A DNA stretch of 57,347 nt, the filler included, from Jimgerdemannia flammicorona (Eukaryota): the NCBI GenBank assembly GCA_003990765.1. It is 2 parts of 2 records of this genome, joined end to end, with 100 filler letters (N's around TTAATTAATTAA, not from the genome) between each part and the next. Parts side by side here need not be neighbours in the genome. Positions count along the whole stretch, not along the records: positions 1 to 28,636 come from RBNJ01000548.1; positions 28,737 to 57,347 come from RBNJ01000549.1. One strand, 5' to 3'. The notes beneath the pieces were generated by a model. The model did not search any database. It was not told the DNA's origin and saw only the letters and a program-made list of their open reading frames with translations. This document shows, one piece after another, positions 23,908 to 36,495 of this stretch. Numbering within the stretch: the first letter of the stretch is position 1; each line of letters opens with the position of its first letter. The position numbers and the translations under genes were made by a program.

Positions 23908-24919
23908 TTTGAGGAAGTGACGCACTTGGAGGTAGTGGATGGAAAGTGGATTCGAGTGAGTAAGAAGCAGTGGGAATGAGATCAGGGACATAAGAGACAG
24001 AGGGAACTGTTAGCGAAGATGAAGGGTGGGCCTCAGAAGGATATGAGCAGGATGGTGGACATGGGGGGGGCCAAGGTGAGTGTCTGGGCAGGTGAAGAAA
24101 GTGGGAGTGCTGGGAAGAGGACTGGCAAGAACAGGGAGGCGACTGGCAAGGACCCATATATGGATGGTATACTGAAGGTTTGGGATGAGATATGGGAGAA
24201 TTCCCCTACCCCTACTCTCTCATCAGGCAGGGCCCAGCTTCCCGAAGCAGGGTGGTGGAGAATATGCCAATGTAAGGGGCCCAATGAGTGCAATTTGGAG
24301 TTCTGGAGGCAGCGAAAGGGGGACAAGTGGTGGTGGTCAGTGAGGAGGAACTGGTGGATGTCCCAGAGGAGTGGGACAAGGCTGCAAGTGCTGGGGCTGA
24401 TACCACAATGCTGGATGGTGGGAGGCTGGCAACCCCTGGAGGAAAGAAGGTGGGGAACCTACTTTGGATGTGCAGAATAATGAACAACCTGGTGGCCAAG
24501 GAGCTGGGAGAGGTGGATTTGAGGGTAATGAGTGATGAGCATTGGGCAAGGATCCTGCAGGGAGAGGGGGTGGTGATGGCATTGAAGGTGGAAATTCTTG
24601 CAGTGTATCTGGAGGAGAAGGGCTATGAGGTAGATAAAGAGAGAGAGGCAGAGATGGTGGGAGTCATGGGAGAGAGGGCTGAATACTGCTGGACCAAGTG
24701 TTATGGACTGCAGCTCTGGTAGGAAGCCTGCCTGGAGTACTGAGAGGAATTCGAGGAGAAGGCAGATGGGGAGATGAATGAGTTGTTGGCTGGACTGGAG
24801 GCTCAGAGGACTGAAGAGGAGGCAGTGACTGCAGAACATAATCTGGACTTGGTACAGGAGGAGTGAACATGGAGCAGTAGAGGAAGCTTGATAATACACC
24901 ATCTTTCACTATAAATAGT

Positions 24920-27900
24920 ACAACCAATATTTTTTCTTTGAATGTGAATGGGCTATGGGGCACTTATTGATGTAAGAACATTTTTACTTGGCTGAAGGGA
25001 TTGGAGGCCGATCTCTTCCTCTTGCAGGATGTCAGGTGTGAGGATGACTTGGATAGACTGAAATGGACGAAGGAGTGGGGAGGTGAGGCAGTCTGGAAGG
25101 GAAAGGTTGGGATTCTGGTGTGGAAAGGCAGAGGGGAGATAAGGGATATGTGGAGCTGGGAGGATAGATTGGTCTGGGGAGAGTGGATATGCACAGGTTG
25201 GGAGCCAGTCATGGTGGGCTCCTATTACTGCTCTGTGGTACAGAGTGAGCAGGTGAATTGGGTGAAGGGCCTACAGGAGAGTGGAATTCTTGCAGAGGTT
25301 GGGGTAGATATGCTTGGTGGGGACTTCAATATGGTCCGAGACATATTGAGGGATAGAACTGATGGAGGATGAGGAGCTGAGGGCTAGAGTGGAGGACTGA
25401 CAGCATGGGAGGAAGTAGAAAGACTGAGTGCTCTGGTGGATGCAGGTAGAGAATGTTGGGGAAATAGGAGGGTGTACATGCACTGGGCCAGGGGCCTGGA
25501 GACAAGGATTAATTGGATTCTGACAGCCAGCTGCTGGGGTTTGGATGTTTGGAAGTCGCTGGAGGTGGAATGGTGTCCTTGGTCAGATCATTGGGGGCTT
25601 TTAGGGCAGGGGCATTTTGGGGGGAGTGGGGATGGGCCTGGACATTGGCGTCTCAATTCCTCATTACTAGATGATAAGATCTGGTGGGATGAGTGGGTTG
25701 AAGACATTCAACTGCGAGTGGAGTACTGGAGGCAGGAAGGTGTCCCAGTTGGTATTTGGTGGATGAGGATGAAGGAGATGGCCAGGACCTTCTGGGGTGA
25801 GGCTGGTAAGGAGGCTGGGAAACAGAGGAGGTGGCAGGTGTGGTGGGCTTCTAGTAGACTGTCTAGACTCTTAGAGGACTGGGCAAGACTGGTGACATTA
25901 GAGAGAGAGGAGGACTGGAGATTGATAAGGGTCCAAATAGAGATGGTTGAACTACAACAAGTGCTGTGGAATGAGGAAGAGGCAAGGGTCCAGGGTCTGG
26001 TGGCATGGCTGTGTTAGCAGGGGTTGGAGGAAAGAGAGTGGCCCTCAAAGTTTCTCACAAGAGCCCTTCAGGTGAGAAGGGTGCAACAAAGGTGGGAGGG
26101 GGTGCTTAATGCTGATGGTAGATTGGTGCATGGTGTACAAGACATTCTTGGTTCATTAAAGGAGCATTGAAGTAGATTGTGGAGTGAGGAGGAGGGTGGG
26201 GCAGATACTAAGGACATTGACCGAGCATTGGAGGATTAGTACCCTACATGAGCAGATGAGCTGGGTGACTTAGTAATGCTGGTGCAAGAGGAGGAGATCC
26301 ACTAGGTTCTTGCCACGACAACCTTGGGTATGGCACCTGGGGAGGATTGTCTGCTCTGAGACTTCTGGAAAAAGATGGTGGGAGTCCCAGGAGTACTGGG
26401 AGAGATGATGATACTGTGTAATTAGATTCTACAGATGGGGAGATGGGTGGGAGAATAGTATCTGGGGCTGGTGACATTGCTTTATAAGAACAAAGGGAGG
26501 TAAGAGGACTGAAAGAACTGGAGGCCAATTATGCTACTAGATATGGACAGAAAGTTGGTTACCAAGGTAGTGGTTGTAAGGTTGCAAAAGGTGGCCTAGT
26601 AAGTCTTGGGTGATGAGCAGAGGGGCTTTGTAGGAGGCTGACTCATCAGGGATGGCACAGCATGGGTTCATAGAGTTATTGAAGGGGCACGAGCCAGTGG
26701 ACTGGATGGGTATCTGGTCTTTCTGGACCAGGAGAAGGCTTATGACCGAGTGCAACAGGTCTGGCTGGCAAAAGTATTGGATAGGATTGGGGCCTCACAC
26801 CAGTTCAGGACAGCTATGGTCAGCCTGCTAGAAGAAAGTAGGGCTGCACTTATGTGTAATGGACACAGAGGGGTAGCATTTCCCCTGGGTAGGGGGGTGC
26901 CCCAGGGGGACCCACTGTCCCCCATTTTGTATACTCTTTCTCTGGAGCCCTTCATGGACAGAATCAGGCAGAAGATAGTAGGGCTCTCTATCTTTAGCAT
27001 TGGGTGGAAAGTAGGGGCATTTGCAGATAATATAGTGGTTGGCCTGGGATCAATTGCGGATGTTGAGAAGTTCAAGGAAACAGTGGAGTGATATGAGGTA
27101 AACTCCAGAGCTAGGCTTAATTAGCATAAGTGTGAAACAATGGTGTTAGGCAATAGTCTAGTGGGAGGGGAGATTATTGGTACCATTATTCCTGCTGGTG
27201 AGGCAGTATGGTACTTGGGTATTTATCTGTCAGTATATGGGTTAGTTCTGCCCAGACTTTGGTGGGAGCAGTGGGTTGGCATCTGGGAGGAGGCCCTGCA
27301 GAGTTGGGGGGGCTGCCAATTGTCTCTGGTAGGACGCATTTCAATTCTGAACATCTATTGGCTGCTGAAGTTATGGTATCTGACTTATCATCTAGACTTC
27401 CCAGCTTGGATGGTGAAGCGATTGGTGAAGCTGGCCAAGGGGTGGATCTGGGCTGAAAGGTGGAGTCAGATCAGCTGGAAGGTCTTATCCTTACCAGTGG
27501 TGAGTGGGAGACTTGGGCTGGTTGACTTTCCTAAGAGGCTGCACTGCTTGAGAGCATGGTGGCTGAAGAGAGCAGTAGAGTTGAGAGGGGGTGGTTGGAT
27601 CCCCCTATTGCAGAAAGTCTGAGAGATGAGGTCCTCTCCAAGAGGTTCAACTGGTGATCTCCTAGCACTTGTGGACCTTCAGAATACTGAACAATTGCGA
27701 TACAAAGGCTTCTGGTGGGGAGTGGCAGAGGGGGTGCACTGTATTGGAATTAGGTGGCAGAGAAATAAAGGGGAGATAGCTTGGGACCCAGCAATGTAGA
27801 GATGGGACCAAGTGTTACTGGGCAGCATTCCCTTAATTGAGTTTGACATTGGTGATGTGATTGAATGCCAATGGGGACCAGGCCAGGACCTGTGGCCTAA

Positions 27901-28540
27901 CAGTTGGCAAGGGGTGAGAATCAGCAAGGAGTGGGACTGGCATAGCATTTGGGCCTGGAGTGCTGAGGTGAGGAGGTGGCTTCTGCCAAAGTACTGGGTG
28001 GTCTGGTAGCATATGCTGAGGCGGAATATTATGCTCAACTTCTGCTCAGATTACCTTATCAAGGGAGGTTGCTTTGACTGTAAAGAGTGTTATAATGTAG
28101 AGCAGGAAGGGAGATATACATATACAGATGCCTGAACATTGGTTAGGAGAGTGTGAGGTACTTAGTACCTTTTGGCAGAACATTGGGGATTATTTGGGAG
28201 TAGTGTGTAGGGGAGCTGGCATGAGGGAGCGATGGGAGGATTTAAGGGATAGATTAGAGGGGGGGGTGGGGAAGGAATGGCTGATATTGGGCTGGGCTTT
28301 GGCTATTTGAGTGGGGCTGGCCAGTCACTGGTTATTTGTTTTTGAGGATGAGAGGTGGCTTGGCTCAGAGGTCAGGCTGCTGAGATTGCATAGCCTTATG
28401 GAAGACACCTTGATAGGCTGGTGGCTTGGTTGGGGGTTGCAGGGGGGTCAAAGGTGTCATTTGGTAGAGAAAATCTGTAGGTAGAGTGGAGGGAGGGTTG
28501 GAGTTGCAGGTGACAAAGTGGTCTTTGTTCATGTAAGTGG
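24920..28540 (+). pseudogene. LINE ORF2: AP endonuclease plus reverse transcriptase
   Basis: IFSLNVNGL, LGGDFN, WSDH, WRLNSSLL, LKNWRPIMLL, DQEKAYDRV, RGVPQGDPLSP, AFADN, YLGI. Confidence 0.9.
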
Positions 28541-28636
28541 GGGGAGTGGCACCCCTATGGGGATCAGGTAGTGGGAGGGTGTACTGTAAACTTATTAATA
28601 GATGGGTAATAAATAGCAGAGTCCAAGTGACTATAA

Positions 28637-28736
28637 NNNNNNNNNNNNNNNNNNNNNNNNNNNNNNNNNNNNNNNNNNNNTTAATTAATTAANNNNNNNN
28701 NNNNNNNNNNNNNNNNNNNNNNNNNNNNNNNNNNNN
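28637..28736. other. Assembly gap with artificial TTAATTAATTAA spacer
   Basis: N runs flank a 12-mer placed centrally in a 100-nt gap. Confidence 0.95.
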
Positions 28737-30009
28737 ACTTCGATGAAGACGAAGCAGAAGACAATGATCCCTCCGACGCCGACATGACCTCAAGTCAAGA
28801 ATCCCTGCCAACCCTGATCACGCCGCCAACCTTGCCGATGAACTTACAACAGTTCATAACTGTCTACGAGACTTATTGGGACAATGACCACTGGCACGAA
28901 TACCAACCCGCGTTCACCCCCGATTACTTCAATTACAATGAAGAGACCGGAGAACACAATCTGTACCTCCAGACAACCCTCGAGATCGAACCCACAACTC
29001 CACCACCTGAGTACGAACGATACGAACTACAGCCGCCAACTTACTACAACCCTGCAACTCATAGTGCTGTAACCTATAGAAGGTACGCAGACAGCGAATC
29101 CGATGAAAGCGAAGACAACACACCCATCCTTCGCCCACCAACACCTTATCCAGCATACGAGACAGATGATGCTATCCTGTGGGATGGTGACGAAGTTCCA
29201 ATGTATTACTACCTCAGTGAACAAGGAGAAGTAATCCGCGAACCACTCTTCCTAGATGACTACTTCATCAGAGATGATGCAATCGATGGTGATGTCATCG
29301 AAGACTACCCAGATAGTGCCTAAACCTATAAATAGTCTAGCAGTCATAGTATAGATAGAATAGCCTTGTACAACGTGACTGTGAACTGACTCAGCAGTCA
29401 GACGATCTCTTGACATGTCAGATCACTATTGTACTACGTGACTGCATTCCGACTCAGCAAAGCACTAAGTGCTACATCCACATTTAGCATAGTCCAGATA
29501 GCCCCTCACTAGTATAAATACCCCCTCCCCCAGACCTCAGAATCTCAGACTTGAACACTTGAACAATCCGAACACAACTCCTGAGCACTTCTCCACAATA
29601 CCCCTTCACACAAATACTCCTAGTATAGCAATATCATGAATAGCGAATAAACCTATTTCATAACCCACAAACCACTCTTAAGTAAATCCGCTCCCTGTTA
29701 GGTCCTACTCCTAACCCCATCACGAAATTTCCTAATTGGGTATTGTCTGCAGCGATACGCCAATTCAACTAAGCTGGTCTTAGTTTCTTGAACTTCCTGA
29801 AATACGGAAAATCCTGAACATCCAGAACTAGTCCGGAAAAGGACTTTGGTTGAGACGTCAACCCGATCTTGAAATCAATAAGCGTAGAGGACGTACTCCA
29901 TACGAAATTGATCTTGACCATAAGAAAACGGTCTTCCAGAATATCCAGAACATCCAGAAAACCCTTCTAGAACTACGTAACGGTCACCCTAAAAAGTAAC
30001 CCTCTTACA
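28737..30009 (+). mobile_element. LTR family B, second less-mutated copy, cut by the gap
   Basis: Reverse complement of about 12043-13305; ends CTCTTACA; TATAAATA near 29513, AATAAA near 29646. Confidence 0.9.
28784..29323 (+). CDS. C-terminal acidic part of the LTR family B accessory ORF (open; 5' end lies in the gap)
   Basis: Near-identical to the 12719-13260 translation but without stops. Confidence 0.7.
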   Translation: MTSSQESLPTLITPPTLPMNLQQFITVYETYWDNDHWHEYQPAFTPDYFNYNEETGEHNLYLQTTLEIEPTTPPPEYERYELQPPTYYNPATHSAVTYRRYADSESDESEDNTPILRPPTPYPAYETDDAILWDGDEVPMYYYLSEQGEVIREPLFLDDYFIRDDAIDGDVIEDYPDSA

Positions 30010-30590
30010 TGTAATCTCTAGAAAACATTGTAGGAGCTTGAGGGTAGTAGAAATGAGAATATTCTATAGGTCTAATATCTTTCAGGAGTCTATGTTGATA
30101 CTACATATCTACTGAGGTAGTATAGCTCAGATATTTAATCTGATCTTAGTAGAACTTATATTTACTCATCTTAGTATAGAGTTAGTATTCTCACAGTAGT
30201 GTCAGTATACTTTGTGGATGAGTGAAATATATTTCAACCATCTTGCTGTAGATCAGAATGTCATCAATATAACTAGAATATATATATTAAGCAGTGGTCT
30301 AAATATGTTATTCATGAGATTCTAAAAAGTTGCAGAGGTATTGATCAGGCCAAAGAGTATGACCCAGAACTGATAGTGTTTAAACTATGTTCTAAAGACT
30401 GTTTTCTCTACATCCTTCTCATTGATAAGGATCTGGTGGTATCTATTTCACTCTAACAGAGAGAATATCTTAGCCTTGAAGATCTGATGAGTAGTTTATC
30501 AATTCTGAGAAGAGCATACTAATTCTTGATTATGATCTTGTTGAGGGCCCAGTAGTTAATACACATCCTCAGAGAGCCATCTTTTTTCTT
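30010..30590 (-). pseudogene. Gypsy reverse transcriptase fragment related to family A
   Basis: Colinear with 10445-11020 (LVYIDDILIYS). Confidence 0.8.
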
Positions 30591-30975
30591 CTCAGCAACA
30601 CCCTCAGATATATTTCCCCAACACAATGCTGGATCCTATCCAAATCTCTAACTTTATATCATGAAATTCCAATATAATTGCAAAAGCATATCATATACAT
30701 TTTATTATAAAATAAGATTCAAAACATAACTATTATAATGATGACTCCAGAATGATGATATCAGTATAGAAGACAGTCTTTCCTTACAAGTCACCAGATT
30801 GGAACACAAGAAGATCATATGGTATATGAGATGAGCAATGATGACCAACTGTGAGTCATTGTGACCACAGTATGGATATCTTAAGGAATATAAAAGAAGG
30901 ATCAAGGAACTGCAGTAGCAGCAACCAACAAGACCCACCAATCCCAAAATAGCTCAAAGATTTACCATAAATGAA

Positions 30976-31835
30976 ATACCTGCTGTTCACTAAACCTCAA
31001 GGTCAAGAAACTACCAAGGCACCTCAGTTGAAGAATGGATGTTCCAAGACATCAGAAGAGCCATGAGGACCTGCTTAGAAGAACTCTTAGTGTCAACCTG
31101 AGTACTAGTGACCCTTATCATTATATCCTCTACTGCCATAAAATGGAAACAAGAATCACTATTGCTACCGAATGTCTCCAAATATGGCAGGAGTACAAAA
31201 TAGGAAACCTCCTCTGTTGGGAGTTTTTACAGGCCAGCACTCAAGAGCTACAAGATGCCACTCTCATAGATATATATGAAATAAGGACAGCTAAGAAGAT
31301 CTATCAGATCTTCAGGCATGCACTATGATTGATCCCCAACTTGGAGTATGTTAGAGTCTCAGACTTCAGAGACCTATCAGCCTGGTATATCAATGCACTA
31401 GAAGCTAGGGTGGCTACAGAAGCCCAGTCCACTATCACCCTTGATAGTGATGAAGTAGAAGACTTCTGGCATCCCATCCTCCAGGACAACCTAGACTAAT
31501 TCCTACAAGAATTGATCTCAGTATTCCAAGGCCCAAGTATCCAGATTAGACCTCCTCAAGATCTCACATTTGTCCTCTATTTTGTAGAAGAGAACCTCAT
31601 AGACTAGAGAGCCCCAGACCTCCTTGTTCCTGCTACTGCCAAATGTGATGATATCATCAGTGATGATGTCATCCTGCATGACATACATGAGATATGTAAC
31701 ATACATGAGATGTGTGACATATACAAAACATGCAACCTATATAATGATGATGAATTCGCAGACCTCATCTCCTTTGAAGACATCCTGACCTCTGATGAGG
31801 ATGAAGCCCCTATGGTCTTGAACATTCTGCTCTAA
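30976..31835 (+). pseudogene. Family C accessory ORF, decayed
   Basis: TECLQIWQEYKIGNLL...AKKIYQIFRHAL; ATG mutated to ATA; colinear with 49796-50623. Confidence 0.8.
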
Positions 31836-31844
31836 AGTCCTTTG

Positions 31845-32008
31845 GTGACACTGAATTATACCAGCATTGGCATTCTGATATGACACTGAATTATGCCAGC
31901 ACCAGCATTCTGATGTGACACTGAATTATACCAGCATTGGCATTCTGATATGACACTGAATTATGCCAGCACCAGCATTCTGATGTGACACTGAATTATA
32001 CCAGCATC
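31845..32008 (+). repeat. 34-bp tandem repeat (about 5 units) in U3
   Basis: TGACACTGAATTATRCCAGCAYYRGCATTCTGAT repeated with alternating variants. Confidence 0.9.
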
Positions 32009-33008
32009 CTGAACCTGTGCAACCATTAGTGCCGACCCTAGAACTTAGCAGTTTTTCCTGTCCTGGTATTTTATTTTAGTTATTGGAATTTATATTTAGC
32101 TTTATATCTTAGCAACCATTGAATTATATTTTGTATAAATACCCCTCTTATTTCCTCTGAAATAAAGTCAGTCTACTCAGTGCAATACACACATTTCCTT
32201 GCAAGCAATCTAAGAGATAACAAGACAGTTTAAAGATAAGAAGTTTGAGGACTATAAGACCTTGGGAAGGCACTCCAATAAGAACTTGTTTATAACAAAC
32301 TTGAGTTAGTCTAAGAGATACACCTTGAAGAGAATCTGGCATATTTGAAGCACTACGTGACACTATATAAAGCTCATATCGTCTCTCCTCGAATTGGCGG
32401 ATATTACCCGTGGCGAATGACATTCGGATTATGGGACCCCCATGCGGATTTGATTCAGCCTGTTTCCGGTGTGGTCGTAAATGCGTGAGGTTATGGCGGC
32501 GAAGGAAATTATCGAAAGTCAAAATGTTTGCACTCTTGACAGGAGCTGACAATTTGTAAAATTTTGGAATTACGCATAAAATAGGTTCCAAAGCAAAGCC
32601 ATAAATGCGTTGTTTCTTTGTTGATTCGAGCAGCCCACTCTGGTCTATGATGCTACCGGTTCGCAAGACATGAAAGCACTGCATTTGCTCAACATGCCGT
32701 TTTGTTATCGCATTATGCTAATGTTTCAAGTGGCAAACAAAATCACATCCCTCAAACAAAGCTACTGATACGCGTGTGCCTATGGTGATAATTGGAAACA
32801 CCACAAAGGTATCTGATACATTATAGAAACATGGTATAACAAATAACTCTGTCGTTCTCTACCAAACTTGTTTACAGCCTATTGATGAAACGGTGTGCTG
32901 CGATATGTGGCATCCCGTCGTTTTTTTCAATAATATAAAACCACTTTCTGCTCCTTTGACGGAAACATTCCCCAAGAAGGTATTCCCCAAGATCCTTACA
33001 CTCCAAGT

Positions 33009-34016
33009 ATGAATTACTCAAACCAAAAATCTACATTACAATCGCGCGATGCCGTTCATGCTCACAGCGAACGTTTTGGCGTTGACCTTAGCCGGTTTGA
33101 AGAAGAAATCAGCTCCGACGACATGGATGAGCTTTTTGAGAATATCGTCAAGGCCATGGAGATATTCGATTATTCCCTGTCTCCCGCGTACCTGTATAAG
33201 CCGGACGAGTTGACCCTCGAATTTGTCAACAAGATCAAGCCGCAGCGCGGTCCATTCCGTAATGAGGTCGTAAGACCTGTGCTGGACCTCGCAAACGGCG
33301 CATGTCTGCATTTTAGCCATGTGATCAACATTTGCCAAGAGCTTCAAAAACCAGGTTCTTTGAAAGAGAGCGATATGTCCCGGCGGGCGTGGGATACATT
33401 GTTTCGTGACGTTGAGAAATTGTGGATGAACCTGGAGGTTGTGTGGCAGCGACTCGATGGTATCATTCGGTTTCTGGCCATCTCCGATTTCCCACAGCTT
33501 GAAGCCTCCTATACAGCTCCGCCCATAGTTCAAGTCGTCTCTGTTAACGAAAATCATGATTTTGAAATCGGAGAACCGTCTTTCATACGTTTTCTTTTCA
33601 ACGTATGCAGCAAGATCTGGTCGAATTTGTTTCGCGCTTTCTTTGGAGAAATTAACAACGGTATGGTGCAAGAACATTCATGTAATTTTTTGTGCATCGG
33701 ATACCCCGACTGGGCTGACAATTGAACTCTATACCTCCACAAAGTACAACCTTCATTTAGAGAAAACGTTGATCAAGAACAGCTCGACAGGTCCTGCCTG
33801 GAATATTTGGTAAATCGGCTCCAAAATATTTGCAATGATCTCAGGCGCTTATACAGAGCTTGCAAAGATTACGAGGCGTTTATGAATTACAAACGAGAGG
33901 ATGATATGACGAGGGAGTTTTGGAATGATATCCATCTGGCGGCCCTTCTGGAGAAGCTTACAAAGGCTTCCAAGATCTTGCTTCGATTTTGTGCGAATGT
34001 CGAGGCTCGTCTGTAA
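33009..34016 (+). CDS. Hypothetical alpha-helical protein, 307 aa, two exons (33009-33660, 33745-34016)
   Basis: GT..AG 84-nt intron with GCTGAC branch site joins ORF 33009 in frame to ORF 33807; TATAAAA near 32935; CpG-rich. Confidence 0.75.
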
Positions 34017-34529
34017 TTTTGTCTCCATTGGTTGGGTTTGGGTGTCACCAGGAAATATAGTGGAGCTGAAGTGTACATTCTGTTAGGTATCTTGTAATAA
34101 CAATAGTAATATTTGTAATTAGTCAGAAAAGAAACTTCGGGTGCCGAAGAGCAGAAACAACATGACATGGAGGGTCAATCTTCAGGTGTAGTATCACCCT
34201 CAATTGTTGGATTTATAGACCAAAGGCAATAAGCATAACAACATTAACAATTGTCCAACAGTAACAGACCAAGAACCATAATACAATAAACCCAACAGAA
34301 AAATGTGAGATTGTTAAGAACACGTTTATAAAGCGACGAACCCTACATATTGCAAACAATCCGATATCTCACAGAGTCATTTCAAAGAGAAAAGGCAGGC
34401 CAACATATCACCCAAGTACAAGAAATTAGGTTTTTATTTTACTGTAAGGTACAATGCTTCTGATGAACATCTTGGCATGATGCCATTATTTTTACATATA
34501 CTATTTCAGAGCTGTAGTGATCAGGTATT

Positions 34530-34705
34530 AATTCAATTTAAACCCTATTTTTCAAAATGTAATAACTTGACGAATATATGTTCAAATTTAATAGCTTTAG
34601 CTTATTAGATTCCCCAATATAAAGCAAATCTAATAAGCTAAAGATTGTTAAATTTGGACATATTTTCATTGAGTTATTACATTTCTAAAAATAGAGTTTG
34701 AATCA
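34530..34705. repeat. Palindromic core of the 17425-type MITE family, termini lost
   Basis: TTTCAAAATGTAATAACT...AGTTATTACATTT inverted repeat homologous to 17560-17725. Confidence 0.75.
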
Positions 34706-34799
34706 GACTATTGTTTGGCAAGGCTTTAGTCTCTCAAAAAATTTTAATCAGAGTTTTGTATTGAGAGTATTGTAGAGACAAGTATGAGTGTCTTAGTAA

Positions 34800-35697
34800 T
34801 CAACTAGAATAAGTACATATCCTATTGGTTCTTGACAGAGATCTTGTTAAGTGCTCAGTAGTTAATACTGTGATGAGCTTAGTATAGTATAGTTATTTAT
34901 ACCTAATTATCTACATATACTACTACTTATAATTAGCAAGATATCAAATCAGGTTTATTGATCTGTATCCTAAGAGTATATCTGTACCCATCAGACACAC
35001 TTGTGTCCACCAGACACACCTGTACCTACTGAATACACCTGGTCACCTTCTTTTCAAAATAGCATTACTGTGAATTCTATAGTTAGCTATATACATAGTA
35101 ACCAGATAGCAACCACAACTATATAAAATATCCCAGAGACAAGAGTGAATAAACCTCAGTCTAAAAATCAAAGCAAAAGCCAATTGTCTGATACACTTAG
35201 GAGGAGAAACCTGCCAACAAGCCACTGTTAAGAAGTTGTGAGCTATTTTCCACTCTGGTCCACTTTCTGATAGAAAGCCTGATTTTGAGTGAAGAACTTC
35301 ACTGCTGTTTTCAAGTAGTCCACTGATTCAGGAAGAATCTGCACCATCCAAGTTATTTTCAAGAAGTCTGCCATCCCGCCACTCAAAGCCAGTCTAGTAT
35401 AAGATGCACCTTCACAGTGAATATCTATTCGCGCAAACGAAGCAGTCTTTGACACAACTTTGAGAAACCCACTATATTTCGGAAGAATCCGCGTCAACTG
35501 AGTAATCCGCCAAAATTACCAACTCGCCGCCTAATAAGGAAACCCGCCAAATCACGCAGAAATCACATACATAAGGAAACTGCTCTCACTCAAGGAAATC
35601 CGCCAACTTAGGAAAATTCGTTTACCCAAGAGATCGCCGCCTAATTAGGAAATTCCGCCGAAATCGTCCGCGTTACGCGAAACAGAGAACTTGCACC
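34800..35697. mobile_element. Probable DNA transposon remnant with subterminal repeats
   Basis: CpG-depleted decayed coding-like sequence, then repeated AGGAAA..CCGCC motifs at 35480-35690; partner end not found. Confidence 0.35.
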
Positions 35698-35814
35698 TAT
35701 CTCTGAGAGAAACCATTGAACATTTTGTTGCTTTTTGACAAAGTAACAGGGGGCTCAAGCCAATCTACATAGCGGCCCCAACCTTGTAATTTTGCCTCCA
35801 TTGAGCTGGCACGT

Positions 35815-36495
35815 TACAATACTTACTCAAAAACTGGAATATCAGACATAAACACAGAGGATGCGTTCACATATTTTGCATTGATTTGTTCCATGGTCGT
35901 ATATACCTCCAATGTAGACTATTTTGCCATTACTTAAATAATGACCAATGAAAATTTAAAGTAGAAATTGACGTTGGAATAGTACCGTGACAATTAGAAC
36001 AAAACATGCAACTCCACATTTCAATGTGCGTACGGGAGCAAAGACAAGACAAATGTAGCAAAATTTACGGGAGCATCGTTTCAGTGTACCGTCGTCTGGG
36101 AACAGGCTTTTGACCGACGATATTGATCATTTGCCATTGAATCGCATTATACGTAATCATATCGTTGAAGAGAGACTGATTGGTACCTATGAGCATGATA
36201 GGATACATTCGGTTCTTAAATAAAGAAGCGGCGCAAAAGAGTCGGAGTCGGAAGCTTTGTGTATCACGACTCACCTGAGTACACGTCGCTATAACCACCC
36301 CAGATGTAGGCAACTCCGGACGGAGTCCACGCGGCCGACATCAACCTCCTTTGCTGCGGGACATTGGCGTAATCAGATGGAAGAGACCAAGTTTTCGTGA
36401 CGACGTTGTACTTGGCAAACCCACTACACGGCAATGCCGTCTTTGCGCTGCTCCCTCCGCCCCAGACATAAAAAGAAGAATTATCGGATAGCCAT
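35815..36495 (-). pseudogene. Kelch-TM paralog fragment (part of exon 1, exons 2-3)
   Basis: VPQQRRLMSAAWTPSGVAYIWGG and VGQKPVPRRRYTETMLP, with introns at the same positions as the intact copy. Confidence 0.8.

Larger units (their letters stand above)
21330..28636 (+). mobile_element. Near full-length L1/Tx1-like LINE, degenerate
   Basis: 5' UTR, duplicated ORF1-like region, APE-RT ORF2; ends at the assembly gap. Confidence 0.85.
30734..32362 (+). mobile_element. Solo LTR (family C) with U3 ORF
   Basis: T(G>A)TAAT...GTGACA termini; 4-bp TSD CTAT; TATAAATACCCC near 32134, AATAAA near 32161; homologous to 49319-50836. Confidence 0.85.

Noticed and set aside
22062..25483. Many Ser/Pro/Thr-rich minus-strand ORFs
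   Set aside because: Antisense shadows of the G-rich LINE strand
28681..28692. TTAATTAATTAA palindrome
   Set aside because: Artificial spacer inside the N gap
32148..32684. 178-aa minus-strand ORF
   Set aside because: Crosses the LTR/host junction at 32362 and has no recognisable features
33036..33677. 213-aa antisense ORF
   Set aside because: Fully overlaps the better supported spliced plus-strand gene
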